NCBI GenBank assembly: GCA_964106915.2
Contig: OZ066919.1
Strand: one strand, 5' to 3'
DNA from: Podarcis gaigeae
Taxonomy: Eukaryota
Length of the DNA stretch: 64,000 nucleotides
Below are positions 24,677 to 37,566 of this stretch, piece after piece. Made by a program: the position numbers and the translations under genes. Below the pieces are notes generated by a model. It made no database searches and was not told where the DNA came from. It saw only the letters and a list, made by a program, of their open reading frames with translations. Within the stretch, counting starts at the first letter, position 1. Every line of letters starts with the position of its first letter.

Positions 24677-27600
24677 CTCCCTGGAAACTTCACCAGTCGG
24701 GCACTATGCTAACAACAATATCAACATACCACTCATGCATGAAGGTATTAACTCATGATGATAAAGACATGCCCCCAGTATGTTTCCTGCATTGCCCCAG
24801 ACACACAACAAACGCAACAAGAGCCTTATTCAGCCTGACCATGGGAGGGCTGTAGACTTGCCCCTGCAAACCAGGTACACCCGGAACTGCATGCACAATA
24901 GGTGTTTGTAATGGACTGACAGAGAAGAGGAAGCAATGCCGCCTGGGTGCTCAGCCAGTGCTCATGCCCAGGATGGAGAGGAGACGACTACAGTGACAGA
25001 GGATACTTCCACCTTAAAAGTTGAAGTGAAACACTGTGCACGGAGCGGAAGTTTGTATTGCTTCTGTAATCCTGCACAGCAAAGGTGTTGAAGAGTGGAC
25101 AAGCACTGACAAGGATAGTTCCCTATCACCCCAAAAAAACCCCACCCTGTCTGCATAACATGGGGCCAGAGATATAGCCCCATGCTGTGTACCCTGTCAT
25201 TTGAATTATGCTCTGCCCATGTGAGGATGCTGTGCTGTGACTGGTTGTTGAGTTACACCCCATACCCTAACTTTTTTGTGGTGGCTTGATGGTGGGGGCT
25301 GTCATCCATATAGGATGGCTGTTTTTCTTTTTTTCTTTTTTCAAAAAGAATTCCCATTGAAGTCAGAGAGAGAGGGATTTCAGCTCAAGGGTTGGGGTAG
25401 AGTTTATTTTTCTTTTCTTTTTAAAATTCTCCTTGCTCAGTGATTTGGTCTATTATGTACTCAAATTGCATGGTTATATTACCAAGTCACCTTTTGCTTT
25501 GCGGTGCATTTGTCTGCATATTAAGAAAGAGGTTTCACTTGATATCATGGGTCTTCATTTCTTATCCCTTCACAAAGAAGTTGATTAAACGCACCGCTCT
25601 GCTTCAGAGCCCCTATGTTAGAAATATCCTCAAGAATGACAGGCACATCCTTTTTCTGTTTCCCAGGTGTCAGTTCATCCTCACTGAGAATGTACAGAGA
25701 GCAAATTTCACTGCCAACAGGATCATAGCCAGGGACTGAAGAGGGACATAGGACCTCTGTGTGCTGCTTCTCCTCTCTCCTGCCCACATCCCATTCATGA
25801 CTCTTCTCCCTTTCAGTTGTTCCTTTGCTGGTGTAAGGGCTCCTCTGGCATATCTGAGCTGTTCTGCTAGTATATCTTGTTTTGTTTTAAAAAGGGTTAA
25901 TTCAATAAGGGACACTGCACTCCTTAGAAAACTGAGCCTGATATTGTTAACCACGCAGGGATGATTTCATGGGAAGCAATTCATAAACAAAGTCAACCAG
26001 TAAATTATTTGTGTTTTCCAATCCCTCATGATTAACCCAGTTAAATTGTTAATTCTAGTCTGCCTCCCATGGCATGCATCACTCAATCTGGTGTTTAAAG
26101 ACTCGAACTCCCATCAGCCCCAGCCAACATGGCTAATGGCCAGAGATTGTACAAAACATCAGGAGGGCACAAGGTTGGGAAAGGATGGCTTGCACCCAAC
26201 TACCTGTAAGAAGCAGATCCATTCTGCTGCTCTTCTGTCAAACTATGAGATTTCTGTGGCGAGGTGGCCTGCAATCCCTGAGCTAAACAGGAGAGGGCAG
26301 CCTCCACACGCAGTGAAGCAGTTGATAAGCAGAGTGGGTCAGTGGGGAGCAGGTGCTTCTCTCATTCCCCAGGTGACACTACTGGGGACTAGATTATCTT
26401 CCTCGGAATGCTTTCACTACTGCTGGGACCTGGAGCCTTTCTGGCCTCCTTGCATGCAGAATGTCCTGGGTTCAATCCCAGGATGTCCAAGTAGGGCTAG
26501 GATTGCCCCCTGTCTGAAACTCTGGACAGCCACTGCTGAAGTCATTGTAGACAATACTGCACGAGATGTTCTGACTCAGCTTCCAGCTCCATCCATTGCT
26601 CAGGACTCGTGAAAATCTGCCCGCTCCAGGCCTTGCTAATAAATGGGAGCATCAAAAGACTGACAGCTTCTCCTTGTAGTCAGCTCCAGAAATAAACACC
26701 AGTAATTACCAAGTACTAGAAATCACTTGATCAGTCTGTGGACGTTGTCAATGTCAGCACAGAGCAAAAAGCGGAGGTGTTTATTGGAATCACTAAGGGG
26801 CGGGAGGCATGTTAGATTGTTAATCACTTTTCAGCCCCTGTTGATTATCCATGTGTTTGGGCCTGGCTTTCAGCAGATGGCATGGGGATTACATTAGTCA
26901 CCTCTGTGGAGCAGCTATTCCTTCATCCCAATGTGACCATCACAAGTAGTCGTGGGGTGCCTCACTGCACCCCTGTACTGGAGTGAGAGAGATCTGGTTG
27001 TCACATTACCTAAGCTCAACAGCTTTAAAAGTCCAGCAGTCTAATGGGGATAATATCAGCCATTCAGAAGGAATAAACACTAAATATACTCCAAAACCCC
27101 TTGGGATTCTGTCCCAATGATGCCCAGCCTCTGATGCTGCACCCACAAGCAATTTCCAGATTTGCTCTTCCCCCCACATGCCAGACATTCTGGTTTACTA
27201 GTTCTGTACAGATCACAGTTCCTTTGGCACAAATGGCAATTAAATCCAACACTAGTAAAAATGTATGCCTTAGTAGCTAAATTTACTTTGTTGTAAAAAC
27301 CAAGGTTTAGAGAAGGTCCAAAAATTGAATTAGAAGTACACAAATAAGAACTGGGTGCTCTTATCCAGGATCCCTAGGGTTTTCCTGGCCTCAGCATATG
27401 AACCACTCACACTAAAATCTAATGTTTATGAGTTCCTGTCCAGCCAACCCCCGTGAGCTGCAGTACAACTGGTAACTAGGATATCAATATTAGGTATCCC
27501 TACTTCTTCCTGTATCTTTGCAGAGGGCTGAGCCATTAAGATCTTGGAATAATCTTTTGGCTTTTTAAGTTCCACTGTCATCCTGTCCATGGCATTGGCA

Positions 27601-29738
27601 ATCAGTTTGAGTATGGCTAGGAATTACGGACATCTTTCTGCAATTTGGATGCAAAGGGTGACAAAGAGAAACATGTGTTGTCTTGACTACTCTGGTCTTT
27701 TGTCTGTAGCAAGCTAGAGCAGAAACAACCAACATGGATGTTGTTTGCATTCCACCTCCCATCAGCCCCAGCCAGCACAGGCAATAGTTAGAGATGGTGA
27801 GAGTTGTAGTCCATCAACATCTTCCTGACTTGGATCATAGATCTATACCCTGTGCCCCTCCAGATATTGTTTTACTGCAACTCCCATCATTGACCATGCT
27901 GGCTGGGACTAATGGCAGCTGAGAGTCCATGGGTTCCTCATCCCTGAGCTAGACCATCACAATTTTGATTTCAGTAGGGTCAGCTTGAGACACCTGGCAA
28001 AATAATCAGCAAGAACTGGAAGAACCCTATAAGTCACAGCAGGTCCTAGGAAAAGAGAAGAACAGATGATTTTAAAAGCTTCTGGGTTAGTTTTGCCCTA
28101 CAGCCTCAACTTGTTGCTGTTCCTTTCCACAAACGCGGCCTTACTTAGCAGTAGTTGGCAAGGACTGAATGCTAGCCCCACATGTGTCTTGGTTTTCTTG
28201 CCAGAAGCCCTGCATTTTGCTAAGGAGAGACAAACTGGGATTCCCTAACTCTGATTTTCTGGCAGAGATCCAGGGCAGCTGCTTTTTATACCTAAGGCCC
28301 CCACAACTGCTTTCTTCCATGGTCAGTTAAAGCTACCCACCCTCTGCAGTGTGACTGCTGCTTCAGAAAGCATGCCAGCACTGTCATTGGAATGACAGAA
28401 GCAGGGGCACTCCCTTATCTGCAGCATCAAGACTTTGCAGTCACTACCAGAGCAATTAGCATCTAATTTAGAGTCTTTAGCTGCCATAATCTGCCTCTCA
28501 CGCTGATTTACTCAGAGCAGGGATAAGAAGGAGTTAGTAATGACCCCAGGGGGATAAGAAGGAACCTGTAGCCCAAGGGCTTTCAATTCACATGGGCAAC
28601 TAAGGGACTGTAGTGCCAGTTTCTCACTGCAGAGACCACAGGGTAAAGATGGACAAAGAGACCACAGGGTAAAGATGGCTGCCGAAACCAGACCTTTGCT
28701 TCCATCTGCGGAATCCCTTGGAGTTTGCTTTTCCCAAGAGACAAAGGATCCAGGAGTCCGGAATCCATTTGCTCCTGCCCAGCACAGCAGCTTCCAGAAG
28801 GGGCCTTCCCTTTCATGCCTTTTGGTGTGGTTCATTTCCTGCTGCTCTCTATTTTAAAGTATACATCCCACAAGCCTCCAATGGATCAGGCAGCACAATT
28901 TCAGAGAGTTCTGCATCACTGAAATATTTATCTAATTGCCCTTCTGCAGAGGAATCAAGGTCCTCTGTGGGCTATGGAAGTGTGGGGGAGGGAGGAGAGA
29001 CAGAGGACTCTGGTTTCCCTCGGGGAGCCTCAGTGGGAACATGGATGCAGGCTGAAGACCATCTGTTTGCACCAGCAGCCTCCAGCACACAGGCTGCTCC
29101 CACATGCTCTCTGGGTAACACCACTTTTAGCTTTGTCCTGGGGGGACACAACTAGTTCCCAGCGTGAAGGCAACCAGCTATCAACACCAGCACATATGGG
29201 AAAAGGAGATTGGGCTCTGAACTCCCTGGCATTCCTCCTTTCTGCCCAGAACCAGCCACTGCTCCTCTGTAGCACAAGAGAGACTCTCGCTGCTTCTTTC
29301 TGGAGTCTATTCCCACCCTCATAAAATCACAGAGTTGTAGAGTTGGAAGGGACCCTGAGGATCATCTAGTCCAACCTGCAACCTTGGCATTACCAGCACT
29401 ACACTCTAACCAATTGAGCTATCCAGGCTCAGGGCTTGCCACTCAGGTGGCTTCTCACAGATTTTGGGGGCCCATAGCAAACCCTTGTTCATACTGTGTT
29501 GCCTTTCTAGGCCCAGACACCAGTAAGAAATGTTTGCCTCAATGGGTTTGTGAGACCTGCAGAGGTATATCATGTCACCCTCTCATTAGCAAAGCTCTGC
29601 AATGTGTAGCATATAAATGAAAATGGAGGAGTCTCTGAAGAGCTGTTATCTAATCCTAACTATGGGAACACCTTCCTAACTGAGAACCAGAGGTGATGCA
29701 AGGAACCAACCCTCTGGTCTCTCCTCAGACGCACAGCT

Positions 29739-29823
29739 CTTTTCTTTTCTTTTCTTTTCTTTTCTTTTCTTTTCTTTTCTTTTCTTTTCTTTTCTTTTCT
29801 TTTCTTTTCTTTTCTTTTCTTTC
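29739..29823. repeat. (TTTTC)n pentanucleotide microsatellite, about 17 units
   Basis: Directly visible, uninterrupted. Confidence 0.97.
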
Positions 29824-30096
29824 CTCCCTCAACCACCTGTTTCTTGATCCTCACTTCCATAGATCAGAGGAGTCATTTTGCCAGCAGGCAGTTTCCACAC
29901 CACAAAGAGACCAGCAGGTGACAGCAGCCATCAGATTCTCTATAAGTCATTCGATCATGCTTAGAAATCAGATTTCTATCAAATACTGATGAGAATTCCA
30001 ACAACAGCAGGGATTTCGAGGCTGCAGAAACATAAAATGGTGGAGGAAGAGTGCAAAGTCTGGACCAGGCCCGAGAACTACCTACCTTTGCTAATT

Positions 30097-30335
30097 CAGT
30101 GGTACCTCGGGTTACATACGCTTCAGGTTACATACGCTTCAGGTTACAGACTCCGCTAACCCAGAAATAGTGCTTCAGGTTAGGAACTTTGCTTCAAGAT
30201 GAGGACAGAAATCATGCGCCGGCGGCGCAACAGCAAGAGGCCCCATTAGCTTAAGTGGTGCTTCAGGTTAAGAACAGTTTCAGGTTAAGTACGGACCTCT
30301 GGAACGAATTAAGTACTTAACCCGAGGTACCACTG
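30097..30335. mobile_element. Complete Tc1/mariner (pogo/Tigger-like) MITE
   Basis: Perfect 18-bp TIR CAGTGGTACCTCGGGTTA / TAACCCGAGGTACCACTG, TA at the right flank, internal ttcaggtta subrepeats. Confidence 0.88.
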
Positions 30336-32179
30336 TACCACTAGTGCATAGAGTGCATCTCAGTGCACTCTGCTTCTACCCCTCAGTACAGCTTAGCTTG
30401 CCCACTGGAAGACAACTTCTTCTGAAGGAGGCAAAGGCTTGCAAGCATCCTGATAGAGCTAGAGACCATTTGTCTCTGTCTAGTTGACACACTAGATGCA
30501 TTGCCTCCCTGTGTCCTGGTCAAACAATGTGTGAAACCTTTTTTCTTAAAAAAAAAAAAAGGCATAACCTCCTAGAAAAAAAGAGAGCACATCACACTGG
30601 AAATTTGGCATTGATCAAGAGATAAGGCTAAGTCCGTTCTCTAATGTAGGAGATGAAATATGCTGGCTGACATGAAGTCCCTAAGATGACTACATTTTTG
30701 TAGAGTGAGTAGCCTTGCTAACTTCTTCTTTTTCAAAAAAAAAGCTTAAATGAGGCATAAGATGAACCCTGTTGGATGAGGCCAAAAGCCCATCTTAGAC
30801 CAGCATTCCGGTAGACAACCAGGTGCCTATAAAAAGCTTAAAAGGAAATGAACACAATAGCACTCACCCATTTGCCACTGATAGCCTTATCCTTGATGAA
30901 TTTGTCTAACCGTATTTTATGGTAGAGAATTATAGCAATGGGCACCAACCATGACAGCTTTCAAAGGGGTGTTAGACAAATTCAGCAAAGATAAAGTAGA
31001 GAATTATATTGTTTTAACTGTGTGAAGAAGTACTTTCCTTTTATTTGCCCTGAATCTTCCAACATTTTCATTAGATTGACCCAGGTTCTAGTATCATGAA
31101 AAGTCTCTATTCGCTCTCTCCCTAACCTTGTATACACAGTGCCCCTTACTCACATTTTTTCTGTAAACTGACCCCTCTAGTCGCTTGCTTCACATCAACA
31201 CTAACACACAAGTGTGATACATCAATCAAGTGTGAGAGCAGTAACATAACAATAACAACAATTTTACAAAAACGAAATCACTAAATTATGATGGAGGGAG
31301 TTGGGCTGTCCATTTCCATTTGTGCCACAGGTGTTATCCATTAGGTGCCCACAAGTGGTACTTGGCAGTGGCAATTGTACCATGCAAGGAAAAAACTGCA
31401 TTTTCCCAGGTACAAGATGATGCATTCTGAATGCTCAGAAAATGTGATATCCCTGTATCAGAAGTGCTGGAAGAGAAAATGTTTGGATCCTGCATCACTA
31501 CAGATGAGTTACAACTCATGGAAAATCCAATTGTGTAGAAAAGGTCCTATAATTAGGTTTTTAAATGCTGTTTGCCTCCTGGGGTGCTAGACTGAAGCAA
31601 GCTGATTATTCTCAAGCATGCACCTTGGTTCCTCAGAGCCAAGAAACTGCTAATATTTCTGACAACTCTCTACTCCTGCTGCAGAAGCAACCAAAACACA
31701 GGTTGTGATGGCCCAAGAGGACCTGCTTGCTGCTGAAGTGGTATTGAATGTAGCTTTTCTGATGCCAAGATAAACAGCAGGAGGATCTCACTCATGTAAT
31801 GGCAGGGTGCAGAGGGATGTCTTGGATCAGGGCTGTAGATTCTGCTGCTCCAGCCCCAGCACCTACAGTTAAAAGTATCCAGTAGCGGCAGACGTGGAAG
31901 TGTTCTGCCTGAGGCGTTGGAGAGCCACTGCCAAGGTAGGTAATACTAGGCTAGACAGACAAACGGTCTTGACAAAATATACAGCAATTTCCCATAGCAT
32001 CAGCACTGAAGGGCACATACAGAAACAACAACCAGCTATTAAAGAAGTGATGGGGAGAGCTTTTGAAAGTTGCAGGGAGTACAAAATTCTAGTGGTAGGG
32101 AGGGAGGGACTTGTGCAAAGATATCACTGGCACATTTCAGTAGGTACTTGCAACACCAAACAAAATTGTCTTGCTTGCT

Positions 32180-32912
32180 GACTACTACTACTACTTCTTC
32201 TTTATACCCCACCCATCTGGCTTGGTTTCCCTAGCCACTCTGGGCGGCTTCCAGCAAACAACAATTCATTAAATATTAAATGCTTCCCTAAACAGGGCTG
32301 CCTTCAGATGTCTTCTAAAAGTCAGATAGTTGTTTATTTTTTTGACATCTGGTGGGAGGGCATTCCGCAGGGCAGGTGCCACTTCTGAGAGGGCCCTTTG
32401 TCTGGTTCCCTGTAACTTCGCTTCTTGCAATGAGGGAACCGCTAGAAGGCCCTCGGCGCTGGACCTCAGTGTCTGGGCAGAACAATGGGGGTGGAGACGC
32501 TCCTTCAGGTATACTGAACCGAAGCTCTTTAGGGCTTTAAAGGTCAGCACCAACACTTTGAATTGTGCTCAGAAATGTACTGAGAGCCAATGTAGGTCTT
32601 TCAAGACGGTGTTATGTGGTCTCGGCAGCCACTCCCAGTCACCAGTCTAGCGGCCACATCCTGGATTAGCTGTAGTTTCTGGGACACCTTCAAAGGTAGC
32701 TCCACGTAGAATGCATTGCAGTAGTCCAAGCAGGAGATAACCAGAGCATGCACCACTCTGGCAAAACAGTCGGTGGGCAGGTAGGGTCTCAACCTGCATA
32801 CCAGATGGAGCTGGTAGACAGCTCCCCTAAACACAAAATTGACCTGCGCCTCCATGGACAGCTGTGAGTCCAAAATGACTCCCAGGCTGCGCACCTGGTC
32901 CTTCAGAGGCAC
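32180..32912 (-). mobile_element. L2-clade LINE 3' end (ORF2 C-terminus, 3' UTR and short-repeat tail)
   Basis: LKDQVRSLGVILDSQLSM...HALVISCLDYCNA...AARLVTG...HITP, followed by LAVPS...AP-x-L-x-NALP; the 3' UTR is shared with 43498-43870. Confidence 0.9.
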
Positions 32913-35559
32913 AAGAAACACTGTTATTGTTGTTGTTGTTGTTAGCTGATTTTATATACTGCCCCATACTTGGAGGTCTCGGTTGTCCAAAAAAAACACA
33001 ACTAGCAGCTTTAACTGTGAGGAAATTGTGGTGCTCTCACAACAGGAGTAACATCTTGCAGGTCAACAGCGATCTGGCCTGTTGAGTTACTACAGCTCTG
33101 AAGCCCCTCTGAAGAAGTCACTGCATCTGAGAAAGCCCACAATACAGAAGCCCATATAGGATCTGCAGAGGGTAGATAGCTGGCAGACCTCTGGATTGCA
33201 CATGTTAGACTGTCACTTGGAAAAACGTGTTTGTTCTAAATAAACTTTAAGGCAATGGTCTGTCTCCATTTTGCATAATTTTAAACAAGAGGGTCAGCCC
33301 CTACTATAGGCAGAGAGAGGCAACTAGCTCAGATGACAGATACTGAGGGCTGAGGATCAGCATGAGATTGGAGGACAGAACTCTGTGTGCCTCATGGGCT
33401 GCCCTGGGCTGCCCAAGCTAGCCTGCCGCCCACAGGTGCAGCTGGGAACACCTGTCTGATTGACTTCTGTATGTACAATGTAAGATTGCACAACTATTAT
33501 AGTAGTATTAGAGCAGTAGCTTCCCCCCAAATATGCCATTCCTCCCCTCCTCCCCATGCTGTGACACACTGAGAGTCCTCATCATTGTACCAACCTGCAG
33601 CTCACCCTTCTGAACATGCAAACGCTGTCATCCTGCACCCATGATGGAGAACTCTGTGCAGTCATTTATATGCACAGACTCGAGGAAAAGCCGGTAATTA
33701 ATGAAGCCCCTTTCATTACTATTATGCAAATGTGATTAATTTCAGCTGTTATGAATATGCAAATATTACAATTATGATCTAATTACCAGCACTTGTGGTG
33801 GGGAACAGGAAAATGATAAAAAGCAGCCAAAGCACCCCAGCAGCGCCAGGTGGGAGTAGTGGGTGGCAGGTCAGGGGGCGCCAGATAGCTGGCAGAGAGA
33901 GCAAGAGAAGAAGCAGGATAGCTAGTCAGCAAATGGGATGCATGAGCACGACCAACACAGGGCTTGGGGAGGGAAGCATGCTCCTTAACCTTGTGAGTCG
34001 CCTTTGTGCCCTTCACTGCATTTGTCATCCATCTGGACACATAAAACTCCACAACAACTTCTGCATGTGCATTGTAGCTCTGTGAAGATGGGATGTAACC
34101 AGCAGAGTGGGGATTGTAGGATAGAATGAGCTGCCTTGAAGGATGGGGCTTAAGGCCACACAGGATGTCCCATTTTTAAAATTGGCCCCGCTGCACCCAT
34201 AGAAGCAGAAATTAAGTGTTTCCCACCCCATCACTTTCTTTCCATGTCAGGAAAAGACCCACATGCCAGATTGCTGTGCATCAGTCTGCACATGAATCAC
34301 AAAGCAGGAGAAAAGATGGCAAAGATCCACTATTAGTCCCACAGCCAGGATTATGGGGGAAAGTATGGAAACAGAACAAGACTTGATGGAAGACTGAGAG
34401 GGGCAGAGTTGAGTGGGAGAGCCAATCCCCAACCTTCTGTTGCAAGAGACAAGAAGGATCTTTGCTCAGAGGATTCCCCTTGGCATAGCCCTTGCGTGGA
34501 CCCTGTCCAACTGATGGCTGGCCGAGCGCTAAGAGCCATTGAATTCATGCCACAAGGAATGACTAAAGCAATTCTGATGGGGAAAGGAAAGGACTGGGAC
34601 AAGATTCATGCAATTAGCAATTAGTTGGATGGTTTCTTTCCAAACAGAAAGTTGCAGACACAGGGGGCTCATTTCACATCAGGTGTGAGGAATAGGGGCG
34701 CTTTGCCGCCCCCCCCCCAGTATCTGGATTGTGGGGTTCAGACCTGCTATTTATAGGGGTGGAGGAAGTTCCCATTGGCTCAGGTTAGTGTTAATCATAC
34801 TGCTGTACTGACATCTCCCAAACTCCCAAATTTGCCTTCACCCAAATTGCTCAGCAATAGGCTCTGTCCCTTGTGAGCCCCTTCCTAGACCCCTGGAATT
34901 GCACGTGGTCTGGGTGGAGCAGCGCAATCATTTGCCTCCGTAGAGTTGCCTGGTGTGCATGCCACATGCGGCTTACAGCAGCAGCAGCCCATATTTTATT
35001 TATAGACGCATAATTAGTGTTTTCCCTGGGAGAGGCAGAAGCTAAACATTGCTCATTAGAAGGGCTGAGCCTGGCATAGGCAAGTGCAGCTACATGCTGG
35101 CAGAGCAGTTAGGGGCCAATCAGAGAGCAGCTCCCAGAAGAGTCCAAGCCTGGGCAGTCAGGGCAAGCTCAGGGATGAGAGCTGTGTTTTCTCCATCACA
35201 ACTAGCAGCCATGCAAAAGAGCTACATTCCTAATATACTAGAATATGATGCACTGACTCAGATAAGGAGCAGGAGGAGTTTCTGAAGAGATCCAACCCTT
35301 TTGCCTTGGTTACATAACGGCAAGTCCAGATCTGCTGCCAAGTGCACCCTCAACAAGGAGCTGCAACCCATTACAGTTCCCTGCAGAAGGGGGCCTATGC
35401 ATGCATTTCTTGCATTCATCATATACATTTTGGGATATACACTTGAACCATCTTTCGTGTACACCTAAATATGTGATGCATCAAGTGGCTCAGGATATCT
35501 GCATCACCACAGCTGTGCAGAACAAAATCTATCTGTCAGCACAGAATTGGTAGCAACAG

Positions 35560-35740
35560 TAGTGTGGTATAGCGGTCAGAGTAGAACTTAGGAACACACG
35601 CCCATGAAACTCACTGGGTGACCTTCAACCAATCACTGTCTCAGTCTAACCTACCTCACAGGGTGGTTATGAGGATAAAACAGGGATTGGGAGAACCAGG
35701 TATGTCACCTTAAGCTCCTTGGAGGAAAGGTGGAATATTA
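35560..35740 (+). mobile_element. Older MIR/CORE-like SINE
   Basis: gggtgacctt...aacctacctcacagggtggttatgaggataaa; a reverse copy lies at about 63230-63345. Confidence 0.6.
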
Positions 35741-37024
35741 ATGTTTCCAATTTCGAAACCAAAGCCAAACTTGTAATCTGAATGGTTAGAACATCCGAGC
35801 CCAGCTAGATCAGCCCAAAGGGCCTATGAGGCCCAGAATCCCGTTCTTACCAGCTGCCTATGTGAAACCTAGAACAAGCAGAACATGGTTCACCATCCAT
35901 GATCACCAGCAGCTGATATTCAGAGGAATGATGCCTCCACTACTGCTAGTAACATAACCGTTGTAACTAGTAGTCATTGACTAGTAGTGGTCATGATTAT
36001 GGACAAAAGTTTAAAAGTGCATTAGCAGGGTCTGGTCATGACCTGGAAAGCAGGAGTGGTGGTGTGGAACCTAGATGGTGTTTCCAGCAAGGAAGCTCTT
36101 TGTGTTCACACGTCTTTTCGCAAGCTCAACAGCCCACTTCAACCTTAGTCATGCACAGATATAGCACTGCATTCTGAAGTCATCTACTTTCTTCTTCTTC
36201 TTTTGAGAAGCACCCAGGGAACTATTTCAAAACACTGTCATAAAATTTCAGATTCTGTGAAACACCAGTTTTTGCAAATAGACTGAGGTAGGACAAATGA
36301 ATAAATGTGTGTGAAGTTTTATGAAGTATTTTGACCTCGGAATTTGCATTTTATGGCTACAGAATTTAGAACTCCTTACAGCAGAAATCCAAGTCTCCTG
36401 CAAATAAATCTTCCAAAAAATAGAATAAAATTGGTGCTATGCATACTTAGTTATCCTGACCTAGCTGTGGAAATCCATGCATAGGAGCAAGTTCCTGTAT
36501 ATATGCACAGACAGCAACAGACATGCATTTGGCATGTTCAGACAGATCCTGATGAACTGCCTAGATGAGTCTTTTGATATGAATATAAAATGACATTTTG
36601 GGACACTATTCATTGCACAACTAGAATTGAATGGATACCATTGCATTAAAGATGTGCTTGCTGTTGCCCCTGCCAATCAAAAGCTGGGGTAACAGCAGAA
36701 AATGTCAGCAATTCCTGTCATTTAATCTTGAAAGAAAATCATGGCATTTTTAGCAGGCTTTCTCTCGCCTGCTACCATGATGGTAGCATTGGAGGCAGTA
36801 GCCAATAAATAACTTCAGTAAAGTCATGCTGGTTGCACCAGGAGGCCGCCCAGAAATCTTAGGGTGCTGTTGCCCCAGTGGATCAGCAGGTGGTGCTCTT
36901 GCTACAGTCAGGAGAGATCCAGAATGGTGCTGAAAAGGTGCTATGCACCCCTGAGATCTTGACATCTCACATGCTTGCCTGCAGTTTTCAGACTACCTTC
37001 GGGGAACCTCTTCCACACTAAAGT

Positions 37025-37290
37025 CACAGAATCATAGAATCACAGAATCTTAGAGTTGGAAGGGACCCTGAGGATCATCTAGCCCAACCCCCTGCAATGC
37101 AGGAATCTCAATTAAAACATCAACGACAGATGGCCATCCAACCTCTGCTTATAAAGCTCCAAGGAGGGAGAGTCCACCACCTCTCATGGAAGACCATTCC
37201 ACTGGCAAGCAGCTCTTACAGTTAGAAAGTTCTTTCTGATGTTTAGTCAGAATGTCCTTTCTTGTAACTTGAATCCATCCATCCACCTTG
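37025..37290 (-). mobile_element. CR1 LINE 3' end
   Basis: (agaatcat)n is the reverse of the CR1 ATTCTRTG tail, followed by gttggaagggaccctgaggatcatctag; shorter copies at about 4500, 29323 and 54549. Confidence 0.8.
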
Positions 37291-37432
37291 TCTGTCAAGG
37301 AACTCCTTCACATCTGCGATGGACCACAGCTGCAGTAAGTTCTGGCCTGTGTTCCAAGACAGGCACTCACAGGACACTGGCAAGGTCTTCTGGACCCCAC
37401 TACTGCCCCACATAAATTGAGAGCACACTATA

Positions 37433-37566
37433 GCAGCCTTTCCCAACTCTGGGCCTTCAAATGTTGTTCAACTACAACTCCCATTATTGCTAGCCAGCAG
37501 GGAGAGTGGTCAAGGATGATGGGAGTTGTAGTCCAACATGTGGGGACTCAAGGTCAGGAAAGGCTG
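37433..37566. mobile_element. hAT-like palindromic MITE
   Basis: TIR cagcctttcc / ggaaaggctg; right flank CTCTAGAG. Confidence 0.75.

Noticed and set aside
29660-29989. KRKEK-repeat and FFSFL-repeat ORFs
   Set aside because: They are translations of the (TTTTC)n microsatellite.
36918-36936. REST/NRSE site
   Set aside because: Only the TTCAGCACC half-site is present; the GGACAG half is missing.
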